DNA of 64,000 nt from Dehalococcoidia bacterium (GTDB taxonomy: Bacteria; Chloroflexota; Dehalococcoidia; UBA6926): NCBI GenBank assembly GCA_963666115.2, contig CAXXET010000006.1:352001-416000 (forward strand), read 5' to 3'. The notes under the pieces are model-generated. The model ran no database searches, had not been told where the DNA came from, and saw nothing but the letters and a program-made list of their open reading frames with translations. Position numbers and translations under genes: made by a program. This document shows positions 40,710 to 49,689 of this stretch, piece by piece; position 1 is the first letter of the stretch; every line of letters starts with the position of its first letter.

Positions 40710-42086
40710 CTACATGTGTATGGCCTCGCCGAAAGCGGCAAGCGACGCCTCCATCAGCGTTTCGGACAAGGTGGGGTGGGGATGAATGGCGCGCCCGATC
40801 TCCAGCGGCGTCGCCTCCAGCAGCTTTGCGACGGACAATTCGCCCAGCAGTTCTGAGCACTCCGGCCCTACCATCTGCGCCCCCAGCAGCGCCCCCGTCT
40901 CCGCGTCGCTCACCACCTTGATCATCCCCGCGTAGTCGCCCAAACTTAGCGCCTTGCCGTTTGCGCGGTACGGAAATCGTCCCACGTTGACGGCGATGCC
41001 GCGTTCAGCTGCCTGCGCCTCTGTGATTCCCATGCTCGCAACTTGCGGGTGGCAATAAACCGCCCGGGGAATGTCATCCTTGATCAGCGGCTGCGTGTCG
41101 CGGCCCGCGATGGCCTCCGCCGTCAGCGCCCCCTGCGCCATTGCCGCGTGTGCCAGGAGCGGCGGCCCTGTGACGTCGCCGATGGCATACACGCCCGGGA
41201 TATTCGTCTGCATCGTCTCATCGCACGCGATATAGCCGCCCGGCCCCGTTGCCACTCCTGCCGCCTCAAGACCAAGGCCCTCTGTCCGCCCCTGCATCCC
41301 CACCGCCACGAGTGCCATGTCGAACGGGATGACACGCGATGCGCCCGCGAGGTCCACTTCCGCCGCGCCGCCGGTCACCCGGTTCACGCGGCTTTCCGTC
41401 AGAACTTCGATGCCCTGCCGCGTGAGAGAGTCGTGCAGCATAGCCGTAATCTCCGTGTCCTCCCCCGGCAGCAGGTTCGGCATCAGCTCGACGAGCGTCA
41501 CGGCGCTGCCGTATGAGCGGTAGAAATACGCGAACTCGCATCCCGTCGCCCCGCCGCCGACGATCAAAACTCGCTCCGGCAGTTCGCGCCGTTCCAGCGC
41601 ATGCCTGCTCGTCACAATCGTTTCGCCATTGACGTCAAGCCCCGGAAGCGCGCGCTCCTGCGCCCCCGTTGCAATCACAATCGCCTTGTTCGCCTCCAGC
41701 GGCTCCGACTCCGTATCCACCCAAACTCTGCGCGAGTCCAGCAGCGCCCCGCGCCCTGTTACAACGGTGACATTGTTCGAACGCATGAGGCTCCCAACTC
41801 CCCGGACAAGCCGGTGGACAACCCTGCGTGACCGCGTGACCGCCTCATCCAGGCTCGCCTCGACCAATCCAACCGTAATGCCGAAATCCGCGGCGGCATT
41901 GATCGTATTCAGCACGTCGGCGTTGCGGAGCAGGGCCTTTGACGGAATGCATCCCCAGTTCAGGCACAGGCCGCCCAGTTCGTCCGGCTCCACAATCGCC
42001 GCGCTCAGCCCCAGTTGCGCCGCGCGTATCGCGCAAACATACCCGCCGGGGCCCGCCCCAAGAACAATCACGTCATATGCCGCCAT
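40710..42086 (-). CDS. lpdA: Dihydrolipoyl dehydrogenase
   Basis: GAGPGGY, GGLCLNWGCIPSK, HPHPTLSE. Confidence 0.95.
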   Translation of the reverse strand: MAAYDVIVLGAGPGGYVCAIRAAQLGLSAAIVEPDELGGLCLNWGCIPSKALLRNADVLNTINAAADFGITVGLVEASLDEAVTRSRRVVHRLVRGVGSLMRSNNVTVVTGRGALLDSRRVWVDTESEPLEANKAIVIATGAQERALPGLDVNGETIVTSRHALERRELPERVLIVGGGATGCEFAYFYRSYGSAVTLVELMPNLLPGEDTEITAMLHDSLTRQGIEVLTESRVNRVTGGAAEVDLAGASRVIPFDMALVAVGMQGRTEGLGLEAAGVATGPGGYIACDETMQTNIPGVYAIGDVTGPPLLAHAAMAQGALTAEAIAGRDTQPLIKDDIPRAVYCHPQVASMGITEAQAAERGIAVNVGRFPYRANGKALSLGDYAGMIKVVSDAETGALLGAQMVGPECSELLGELSVAKLLEATPLEIGRAIHPHPTLSETLMEASLAAFGEAIHM

Positions 42087-42173
42087 CTGCTTGCCTGCCT
42101 TGTTTGCCTAAAAGGGTGTATGCTATTGCCATCGGGGTAAGTTTAGTGCATTCTTGGCTTATGGGAGGCGCAA

Positions 42174-42485
42174 GTGCCGAATACTGTTACTGAAGAGCAG
42201 GTAATCGACGTTCTGCGGACGTGCTACGATCCTGAAATCCCGCTGAACATTTATGACCTTGGTCTCATCTACGATGTGGACATTCGCGAAGATTGTGTCT
42301 ACGTCACCATGACGCTCACCGCGCCCGGCTGCCCAATGGCGGGCACCGTTGGCCCGGAAGTCGAAAATCGTATCCTTGAACTGGAAGGCGTCAACGATTC
42401 CCAGGTTGATATCGTCTGGGATCCGCCGTGGACGCCGGAGATGCTCAGGCCGGAAGCCAAAGAGCTTCTCGCGGGCCTAATGTAG
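42174..42485 (+). CDS. DUF59/SufT metal-sulfur cluster assembly factor
   Basis: YDPEIPLNIYDLGLIY, MTLTAPGCP, WDPPWTPE. Confidence 0.93.
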   Translation: MPNTVTEEQVIDVLRTCYDPEIPLNIYDLGLIYDVDIREDCVYVTMTLTAPGCPMAGTVGPEVENRILELEGVNDSQVDIVWDPPWTPEMLRPEAKELLAGLM

Positions 42486-42520
42486 ATTGCGCGAGTCGTA
42501 GCTGGGAGGGTGAGGAAAAA

Positions 42521-43438
42521 GTGACACAGTTACTCGGCGAAAGTTCCCTGGGGATATCTCTTGATGCGAGAACCTCTGTTGTGGTCGCGCTTGCGACGGC
42601 CGCGTCCGTGCGTGATGAGGCGGCCATGAGGCTGGCGGTCTCCGATGCGCTGGCCGCCGGCATCAACAACAACGAAATCCTGGACATCATGACGGTATCC
42701 GCGCGCATCCAGCAGACCATCAGCCTCAACAACATCCTCCAGGGATTGGGGAGCGCTCCCGCCGTTAGCGTCGGCCCGGCCAGCGCCGGCACCGGTCGCC
42801 GCAGGCGTGGCCGTCCCCCTGGACGAAGACCCGCCGCCGCGCAGGAGCCAGCGCCCGCCCCCGAGCCCGAGCCTGAGCCGGAACCCGCGCCGGCGCCTGC
42901 GGAAGACATCCCCGCCGCTTTCGAGTCGCGAGACGATTTCTGGAACCAGCTCGTCGCCAGCTTCCAGGCCAGGATGCCGGACGCCCGCCTCTCCCGCACG
43001 GAGGGGCCGCGTGAGCGCATCGTCCGCATGGGCCGCGGCAAGATCGGCCTCAACTGGGCATTCCGCCGCCGCGGACGCTTTGCCGTCCAGATCATCCTCA
43101 ACAACGAGTCCATAGAATCTCCCGACCTTGAAGGGATACGGCAGACCGTGGCCGACTACACCGGCGAGACCGTCGAGCTTGAGGGCAGGGGAGCGAACCA
43201 CTCCACCATCGCCATCTACGGGCCCGAGCAAGAGAGCGACATGACCCAGGCCTCCGTTGATTGGGGCGCGGTCACGATGGGCCGCATCTATGAGGCGCTG
43301 CGAACCATCGAGGGCCGTCGCCGCGGCCGCCGCGGCCGCCGTCGCCGCCGCCCGGAGGAGGGCAGCATCGAATCCCAGCTCCTCGACAGGCTCGGCCCAT
43401 ACGTGGTTCGCCGCTCCGCCGCAGTAGCAGCAGAGTAG
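42521..43438 (+). CDS. Hypothetical multidomain protein (CMD-like N-term, AT-hook-like motif, DUF4268-like C-term)
   Basis: GAGG RBS and GTG 42521; LDARTSVVVALA..ALAAGI...EI, RRRGRPPGRR, FWNQL...WAF..RGRFAVQI. Confidence 0.5.
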   Translation: MTQLLGESSLGISLDARTSVVVALATAASVRDEAAMRLAVSDALAAGINNNEILDIMTVSARIQQTISLNNILQGLGSAPAVSVGPASAGTGRRRRGRPPGRRPAAAQEPAPAPEPEPEPEPAPAPAEDIPAAFESRDDFWNQLVASFQARMPDARLSRTEGPRERIVRMGRGKIGLNWAFRRRGRFAVQIILNNESIESPDLEGIRQTVADYTGETVELEGRGANHSTIAIYGPEQESDMTQASVDWGAVTMGRIYEALRTIEGRRRGRRGRRRRRPEEGSIESQLLDRLGPYVVRRSAAVAAE

Positions 43439-43439
43439 C

Positions 43440-44003
43440 GTCGTCGACAGGATACGCTCGCCCGTCGTCCGTGCCCTTGCCGCTGTCGGCGTTCGCCCCA
43501 ACCACCTGACTGTCCTCGGCGCGCTTATCGCCGTGGCGGCGGGTTATGCCGCGAGCCAGGGCGCGCTGTTGCCCGCCGGCCTCGTATTCCTCGCCGGAAG
43601 CCTGATGGACGGACTGGACGGCGCGCTTGCCCGCCACACCAACTCGGCCTCCCGGACCGGCGCATTCCTGGATTCCGTGTTGGACAGGGTAGGGGAGGCG
43701 ACGCTCCTCATTGGACTGAGCCTCTACTTCGCCGCGAAAGATGATTATCTCGCCATCGGGGCGACTGCCGCAGCCCTTGCCCTCGCGATGCTGGTGAGCT
43801 ACGCGAGGGCAAGGGCGGAGAGTCTGGGCCTGAATCGCGGCGGCTTTATCCCCGCCCCGCGCCCCATCCGCGTCGTCATCCTGTCCCTCGGCCTGATCGT
43901 TGGTCAGCCGCTGATCGCCGTCATCCTCGTCGCCGTGCTCTCCGCCGTTAGCGCCGTCCAACGAATCATCGCCGCCATGAGCGGCGGCGAAACGCAGGAC
44001 TAG
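43440..44003 (+). CDS. CDP-alcohol phosphatidyltransferase (PgsA1/PIP synthase-like); start codon unresolved
   Basis: DGLDGALAR...GAFLDSVLDR, LVSYARARAE. The conserved GVRPNHLT lies upstream of the first GTG (43533). Confidence 0.8.
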   Translation, partial: VVDRIRSPVVRALAAVGVRPNHLTVLGALIAVAAGYAASQGALLPAGLVFLAGSLMDGLDGALARHTNSASRTGAFLDSVLDRVGEATLLIGLSLYFAAKDDYLAIGATAAALALAMLVSYARARAESLGLNRGGFIPAPRPIRVVILSLGLIVGQPLIAVILVAVLSAVSAVQRIIAAMSGGETQD

Positions 44004-44021
44004 CCGCGAACCTCTCCGCGC

Positions 44022-44687
44022 CTACTCCGGGTCAATCGTCAGCGTTGCCCAGAAGAACAGGATCGGCCCCGCCCACGCGCTGTACAACGATGTCGGCCCG
44101 GAGGAGATGATCATGAATGCCTCCCGGTCGTCACCCTCCCCGCGAAACACCACGGCCGTCTCGCCCGTCGTTTCGGCCTCCGCGTCTTGCGAAACCCAAT
44201 TCGCGTGATACGCCGGCGTCCCGTCCGCCAGCGTCGTTTCCGTCTCATCCAGGATGACCAGGCTGGGTTCCAACCGCTGGAAGAACCGCATGCGGGCGCT
44301 CCCATACGACATGAAGTCGATCTGGGGGGGCGGCAAGTCGCGTTCGATGTCCATCGTGACCGTCTGCTCCGGCGACACCAGCGAGACGACGATTCCCTCC
44401 GTATCGGGAGAATCGCTGATCAGCCAATCGTCCGGGTGCCGGAAGCTGAAACCCAACTCATCGTCCCGGTACTCAACCTCCTCCGTGCCCGGAATCAGAT
44501 ACGGGTTCGGCGTCGGAGTTGGGTTCGGTGTCGGAGTCGGCGCCTCGCGGAAGAAGCAGCCGGACATCGCCGTTGCAGCGGCAAGCAAGGCGAGCAGGGC
44601 GGCAAGACCAACGAGCCGCCGCGTCTCCCTCCTGCCAATCAGCCCCGTCACGGCTACCGCTCTCTCCCCACGGATTCCCGCAGCCAC
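44022..44687 (-). CDS. Putative lipoprotein (PsbP-like fold)
   Basis: Lipobox MSGC, PTPN linker, YRDDELGFSFRHPDDW. Confidence 0.55.
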   Translation of the reverse strand: MAAGIRGERAVAVTGLIGRRETRRLVGLAALLALLAAATAMSGCFFREAPTPTPNPTPTPNPYLIPGTEEVEYRDDELGFSFRHPDDWLISDSPDTEGIVVSLVSPEQTVTMDIERDLPPPQIDFMSYGSARMRFFQRLEPSLVILDETETTLADGTPAYHANWVSQDAEAETTGETAVVFRGEGDDREAFMIISSGPTSLYSAWAGPILFFWATLTIDPE

Positions 44688-45759
44688 GTCGTCAGGAACG
44701 GGTCCAGCTCTCCCGCCAGCACGGCGTCCGGATCAGGCTCCTCATGCCCCGTGCGGTGGTCCTTGACCATCTTGTACGGGTGGAGGACGTAGGTGCGAAT
44801 CTGGTTCCCCCCACTCCGGCGCGATGAACTCCCCGCGCAGCCGCATCTCCTCTTCACGCCGTTTCGCCATCTCCCGTTCGACTAGGCGTGCCGTCAGGAT
44901 TCGCATTGCGATCTCTCGATTCCGCCCTTGTGACCGCTCATTCTGTACGGACACGACAAGCCCCGTCGGGATATGCGTCAGCCTCACCGCCGTCTCGTTC
45001 TTCTGCACGTTCTGACCGCCGGCCCCGCTGCTGCGGAACGTATCCACTCGCAAGTCCTCCGGGCTGATCGACACGTCAACGGCGTCATCCACGATGGGCA
45101 GCACCTCCACCAGCGCGAACGACGTGTGCCGCTGGTGCTGGTTGTCGAACGGCGAGAGGCGAATCAGCCGGTGTACCCCCGCCTCCCCTTTCAGGTAGCC
45201 GTACACGTTCGGCCCGTCGATCTCCAGGTCCGCCCGCTTGATGCCCGCCTCGTCGCCGTCCATCCAGTCGAGAATTCGCGCCCTGTGGCCGTGCGCCTCC
45301 CCCCACCGCCGGAACATCGTCACCAGCATCTGCGCCCAATCCTGCGAGTCGATCCCGCCCGCGCCCGCCTGGAATGACACGATTGCCGAACGCCCGTCAT
45401 GCGGCCCGCTCAACATCGCCTGCGCCTCGAGGCCCTCAAGAGCCTTCTGCACGTCCGCAAGCTCCGTCTCGAGTTCGGATTCCAGTTCCGACGCGTCCTC
45501 CGTGAGCGCAAGCTCGGCAAGATCCGCCAATGAACGCGCGCGCCGTTCCAGCGATTGCCACGTCGCGATTTCGTCGCGCAGCGTTGAGGCTTCCCTCAAA
45601 ACGCCCTGCGCGCGCTGGGCGTCGCTCCAGAAGTCCGGCTTGGCCGACTCAATGTCCAGTTGCGACACCCGGGACTCTTTGCCCGGCAGATCAAAGACGC
45701 TCCAGGTACGTCGCGATCCGATCGAGAAGCTGCTGAGCGCCGTTCCTCACCTCTTGCAT
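44654..45759 (-). CDS. prfB: Peptide chain release factor 2 (programmed +1 frameshift; second indel near 3' end)
   Basis: ATG 45759, 22 codons, then GGAG-CGT-CTT-TGA at 45696-45691. SPF and GGQ motifs present. [10 protein letters not shown] is split by an extra G at 44807-44812. Confidence 0.93.
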
Positions 45760-45817
45760 AAGAAAAGTGGCTCCAGGTCGGTTAGTGTTGTCTACAGTGT
45801 GATTTATTTTACAGGTT

Positions 45818-46499
45818 TTACAGGAGCGGTTCCCCCGCTGCGGCGCGATGCGCCAGGCGCGTCGGCACGGGAACGCGGTAGCGCGGCGAACACGCCAGCG
45901 CCCACCTCACGGACGATTCAAGATCGATGTTGTTCCCCGGTGAAACATAGATCGGCCTCACACCCGTCCGCGTCCGCACGACCGCCCCGATGAAGTTTCC
46001 ACGGTGTTCCAGCGGAGCCCACGCCCCCTTCTCCTCGTTCGGCTCCTGGTGCTGTCCGACCAATCGCGATTTCGCACACCCGATGATTGGCACGTCCACC
46101 GCCAACCCAAGATGACACGCAATTCCGAACCGGCGCGGATGCGCCGTCCCCTGTCCGTCAACGAGAATCAGGTCAGGCGTCACGCTCAGCCCCGCCAACG
46201 CTTCGAGCAAAATCGGCGCCTCCCTGAACGACAAAAGCCCCGGCACATAGGGGAAATCCGCCATCCCCTCCGCCGTTGAGACCTCGACCACCTCCAGCGA
46301 TGGCCACGCCGTCACGACAACGGCCCCGCGAACGCGCCCTGACTCCACGTCCGGTGGGGAGAGGTCCACGCCCGCAACCGTCTCCACCGCGCTCTCCGGC
46401 ACGCCCCGGTCCAACCGCAGGTGCCCGGCCAGCTCCCGCTGCAAAGCCACCCGCCGCCTGTGGCGATATATCCCATTCATGCAGCTGGTGAATACGCAT
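45818..46499 (-). CDS. nfi: Endonuclease V (frameshift near codon 16)
   Basis: MRIHQLHEWDISPQAA in one frame; VALQREL...AGVD...FPYVPGLLSFRE...LVDGQGTAHPRRFGIACH in another. Extra G at 46450-46452. Confidence 0.88.
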
Positions 46500-46572
46500 G
46501 AAACCATCCTACGACGGCGCGTGAACTGCTTGCGCCCCACACGCTCCGCGAGTATCATGCCCAAACGTCGGT

Positions 46573-46649
46573 CGGGGTGTAGCGCAGCCCGGAAGCGCAC
46601 CTGCATGGGGTGCAGGGGGCCCCCGGTTCAAATCCGGGCACCCCGACCA
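46573..46649 (+). tRNA. tRNA-Pro(GGG)
   Basis: CGGGGTGTAGCGCAGC...CCTGC-ATGGGGT-GCAGG...GGTTCAAATCC...CACCCCGACCA. Confidence 0.95.
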
Positions 46650-46691
46650 TCGATACGTTTCTCCGCAATTGACCCGGATAGAGGACCAATC

Positions 46692-47096
46692 ATGGATGTT
46701 GCCTTCTCGTTCGTCTGCGATTACGCCGACAACTCGTCCAAGCTGACCGCCGTCGGCATCGGCTTCGACACCATCTACGCCCCGGAGATTCCGCTAACCC
46801 ATCCCGTGTTCTATGTCGTCGCCGCATTCCGGTTCAGCGCGGTGGAGACCGGCCAAAAAACCGTTGAAGTCCACATCATCGACGCGGACGGCGGCGACAT
46901 CGTGCCGCCTCTGAGGACGCAGATCGACGTGGGACGCCCCGCCGCCGGCTACAGGCACACTGTCCGGCGGATGGCTCTCGGCCTCCACGGCGTCACCTTC
47001 TCCGAGTACGGCGACTACGAAATCGCCTGGCTAATCGACGGCCACCAGGCCTCCCTCATCCCCCTAAAAGTCGCCCCGCCCCCCAACGAACCCTAA
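46692..47096 (+). CDS. DUF6941-like protein
   Basis: GAGGA RBS; FVCDYA...KL..VG.GFDTI...F...GDY.I...IDG...IPL.V pattern. Confidence 0.6.
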   Translation: MDVAFSFVCDYADNSSKLTAVGIGFDTIYAPEIPLTHPVFYVVAAFRFSAVETGQKTVEVHIIDADGGDIVPPLRTQIDVGRPAAGYRHTVRRMALGLHGVTFSEYGDYEIAWLIDGHQASLIPLKVAPPPNEP

Positions 47097-47120
47097 CCCC
47101 CCAACGAACCCTAACCCCCC
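47079..47120 (+). repeat. 18-bp tandem duplication (CCCCCCAACGAACCCTAA x2.3) at gene end
   Basis: Exact copies at 47079-47096 and 47097-47114. Confidence 0.8.
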
Positions 47121-47127
47121 GATTCAC

Positions 47128-47160
47128 CCAGCCCCCCGTTCACCCTGAGCTTGTCGAAGG
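47128..47160 (+). repeat. REP-like element type B (CCGTTCACCCTGAGCYTGTCGAAGG)
   Basis: 33 bp with 1 mismatch to 54863-54895. Confidence 0.75.
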
Positions 47161-47170
47161 GCGCAAAACC

Positions 47171-47195
47171 AAAAACGCCGCCCTTTGGGCGGCGT
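47171..47195 (-). terminator. Intrinsic terminator of the HAD gene
   Basis: ACGCCGCCC-AAA-GGGCGGCGT followed by a T-run on the minus strand. Confidence 0.7.
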
Positions 47196-47214
47196 CTCGC
47201 TCCTCAGAGTGAAC

Positions 47215-47595
47215 CTACGTCGTAATCGGAATCTGCTCGTGGTTCTCCATGTCGAACTCAAGCCACGGCTGCTCGGCGGCCTCATGCGCCCACCAAAAGC
47301 CGAAGTTGTTGTCCTTGGCTGCCAGGTAGTCGGTATCGCGGTCGCCCATGTGATAGTAGGCGTCCGCCGGATTCTCCCGCTTGACCTTGCCGAGCTGGTG
47401 CTTGGCGGAAACAAACGCGGGCTCAAGCTCCATGTCCTGCCATATCTTGCGTTGCACGCTCAGGGGCTTGTCTGAACAACTGCCAATGATGAACCCAACC
47501 TCATGTGCTTTGCGAACCATCTCCGTCGTGACGCCGCCCGGCGGGTCCCCAAGTTCGAGGGTTCCGTCAATGTCAAAGCTCAGAAGTATCGCCAT
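47215..47595 (-). CDS. Small HAD-family hydrolase
   Basis: SFDIDGTL motif I, GSCSD, K, HMGDRDTD. Confidence 0.82.
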   Translation of the reverse strand: MAILLSFDIDGTLELGDPPGGVTTEMVRKAHEVGFIIGSCSDKPLSVQRKIWQDMELEPAFVSAKHQLGKVKRENPADAYYHMGDRDTDYLAAKDNNFGFWWAHEAAEQPWLEFDMENHEQIPITT

Positions 47596-47626
47596 ACTTT
47601 CCACCCCATGTGCTCCTTGTTAGTAG

Positions 47627-47662
47627 TGCGACTCCCTGCCGAGACATCGGCAGGGAGTCGCA
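47627..47662. terminator. Perfect 16-bp stem hairpin downstream of thiolase copy 2
   Basis: TGCGACTCCCTGCCGA-GACA-TCGGCAGGGAGTCGCA. Confidence 0.55.
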
Positions 47663-47693
47663 TCATGACTCCCGTATAGTATGACAGAAGTCT

Positions 47694-48985
47694 CTAGTCG
47701 GGTGAAGTGGCCATCACCACGGTGCCCGCCGTGATCGGCAGCACCCCGTGCGTGACCGCGACATCCGCCTTCGTCGTGATCTGGCGGTCGCCCGCCCGGC
47801 CCTGCAGCTGCTCGAGCGGATCGGTGATGAACACGGTGCGCATGCGGCCCGTGCCCATGTTGCCGCCGCCGGAGTTCAGCGGGTTCGGGCCCTTGAGGCT
47901 GATGTCGCCGGCGTAGAAGTCGTGCGCTTTTCGCCGCGCTTGACGCCGCGCCAGCCGAACGCCTCGATGTAGTACTGCGTGAACACCGCGAACCCGTCGT
48001 ACGGCGCGAACACGTCGATGTCCTCGGGCTTCAGGCCGGAGCCGTTGTACGACCGCTGCGCCTGGATGTCCGTCCACTCCTCCGTGTCGTCGATGGTCTG
48101 CACCAGGCTGCGCGGCGTGAACTGGCTCTCCGTGTGGTCCAGGATGTAGACCGGCTTCTGCTTCATGTCTGCGGCCTTTGCAGCAGTTGTCATGATGTAC
48201 GCCGCCGCCGCCAGCACCGGCCGGTCGCAGTCGAAGATGCTCAGGTCGCGCGCGATCATGCGCCCGTTCAGGTAGTCCTCTTCGGTGAACTCGCCCGGCT
48301 CGTGCTGCGCGTAGTAGCTGTGCTCCCACAGCAGCCCGTTCTTCCGCTCCTGCACCACGAACGGCGCCATGCGGTCATGGTTCGTCCCGTACTTCTGGCA
48401 GTACTGGTTGAACGTGAAGCCCTGGCCGGAAAGGCCCCAGCCCCACGTGTTCGGCCACACGGCCATGCCGCGCGCCTCGTTGGACGGGTCCTGGTGATAC
48501 CGCCCGGGCAGGTTCCCGTTTGGGTACGTGACGACGACCGTCTCTGCGCGCCCGTCGGCGATGGCCTGCGCGGCCTGCCCGATGAGGTTCCACACGGGGT
48601 CGCCGTGGTTGTTGATGTACTTGAGATTCTTGAACCCCATCTGCTGTTGCAGCCACTGGCCGGTGACGTGCGTCAGGCCGTCTTCCGAGTGGTAGGGCGG
48701 ATCGAAGTACGGGCGCGGGCCCCACACGTCGCTCAGCGGCGCGCCGTTGCCCTGGCCGCCGGCGGAGCCGACGATGCCGTCCACGTCATCAACGGTGATG
48801 CCGGCGTCATCCAGCGCGTTCTGCACGGCGATCATCATGTATGCGCCGAGGGACTTCTCAAGCGTCTCCCCGTCCCAGCGGCGATCCGTCGGGGAATGCC
48901 CCCGCGCGACGAGCGCAGACTTGCCGCGGCCGTTCCAGATGCCGACTGGGTCGTGATTGCGCTCCCAATTGACTTCACGTGCCAT
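47694..48985 (-). pseudogene. Thiolase-like (SCP-x/Ltp2-type) protein, copy 2, frameshifted (mutation or sequencing error)
   Basis: Near-identical to 49690-50976; GGC GAA AAG CGC here versus GGC GAG GCG CAC in the paralog (2 extra A at ~47928-47931). Confidence 0.7.
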
Positions 48986-49045
48986 CTTTGTCCATTCCTT
49001 TCTGACTGATGCGCTTCGCGTGTCTGCTTTGAAAGCTGCTCAGCT

Positions 49046-49477
49046 CTACTTGACGATCTTCCACTCCGGGATCATGCGCCCCGGCGCCGCCTCGACGAAC
49101 TGCACCTCGCAGGTCGCGCCGACGGGAATATCGGGCTCCTCGGCGAGATTGGTGCCGAAGTCGTCGATGAGGTTCGTATGGAAGTTGATCACCGGGTCCT
49201 CCTCGAGCGCCACGATGACGTTGAGGAACGGCTGCAGCGGATGCCACTGGACCAGGCGGGAGTCGTACGTGATGGAGTAGCCGACGATCTTCGCCCGGCC
49301 GCTCGTCTCCTCCCAGGTCATGTGGAAATCAAAGCCGCAATCCCGGCAGGTGGGCTCCGGCGGATACTGCCGCCGGTCGCAGATCGAACAATACTGGACG
49401 ATGAGCTTGCCTTCGTTGCATGCGTCCCAGAACGGCTGGCTCACCGGATCCGGAACAGGAACAATCGGTCGTGCCAT
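49046..49477 (-). CDS. Zn-ribbon/OB-fold (DUF35, ChsH2-like) protein, copy 2
   Basis: PFWDAC..GKLIVQYC..C...YPP...C..C; own TTGACA-18-TACATT promoter at 49520-49549. Confidence 0.9.
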   Translation of the reverse strand: MARPIVPVPDPVSQPFWDACNEGKLIVQYCSICDRRQYPPEPTCRDCGFDFHMTWEETSGRAKIVGYSITYDSRLVQWHPLQPFLNVIVALEEDPVINFHTNLIDDFGTNLAEEPDIPVGATCEVQFVEAAPGRMIPEWKIVK

Positions 49478-49633
49478 TATCTCCCCCCACTCCTGTACTG
49501 ACATTGGTATGCCGTGCGGAATGTAGCATGGCGGCAAAGCGCATGTCAACGGAACGCGAGGGCACGGGATAGACGCGCGCAAGTATCGGCAAGAGCGTAT
49601 TTAAAAACAGGTTTTTGACCATCCACCAAAAAC

Positions 49634-49665
49634 AAATAGCCCCCGCCAACCGGCGGGGGCTATTT
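49634..49665. terminator. Intrinsic terminator between the duplicated operons
   Basis: AAATAGCCCCCGCC-AACC-GGCGGGGGCTATTT. Confidence 0.8.
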
Positions 49666-49689
49666 CTGCCTGCGAATTCGCTGTCTGAA

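Noticed and set aside
45691-45696. prfB CTT-TGA frameshift as a novelty
   Set aside because: Well-known programmed +1 frameshift.
47079-47120. Possible CRISPR or telomere-like (CCCTAA) repeat
   Set aside because: Only 2.3 adjacent copies with no spacers and no cas genes; a simple slippage duplication.
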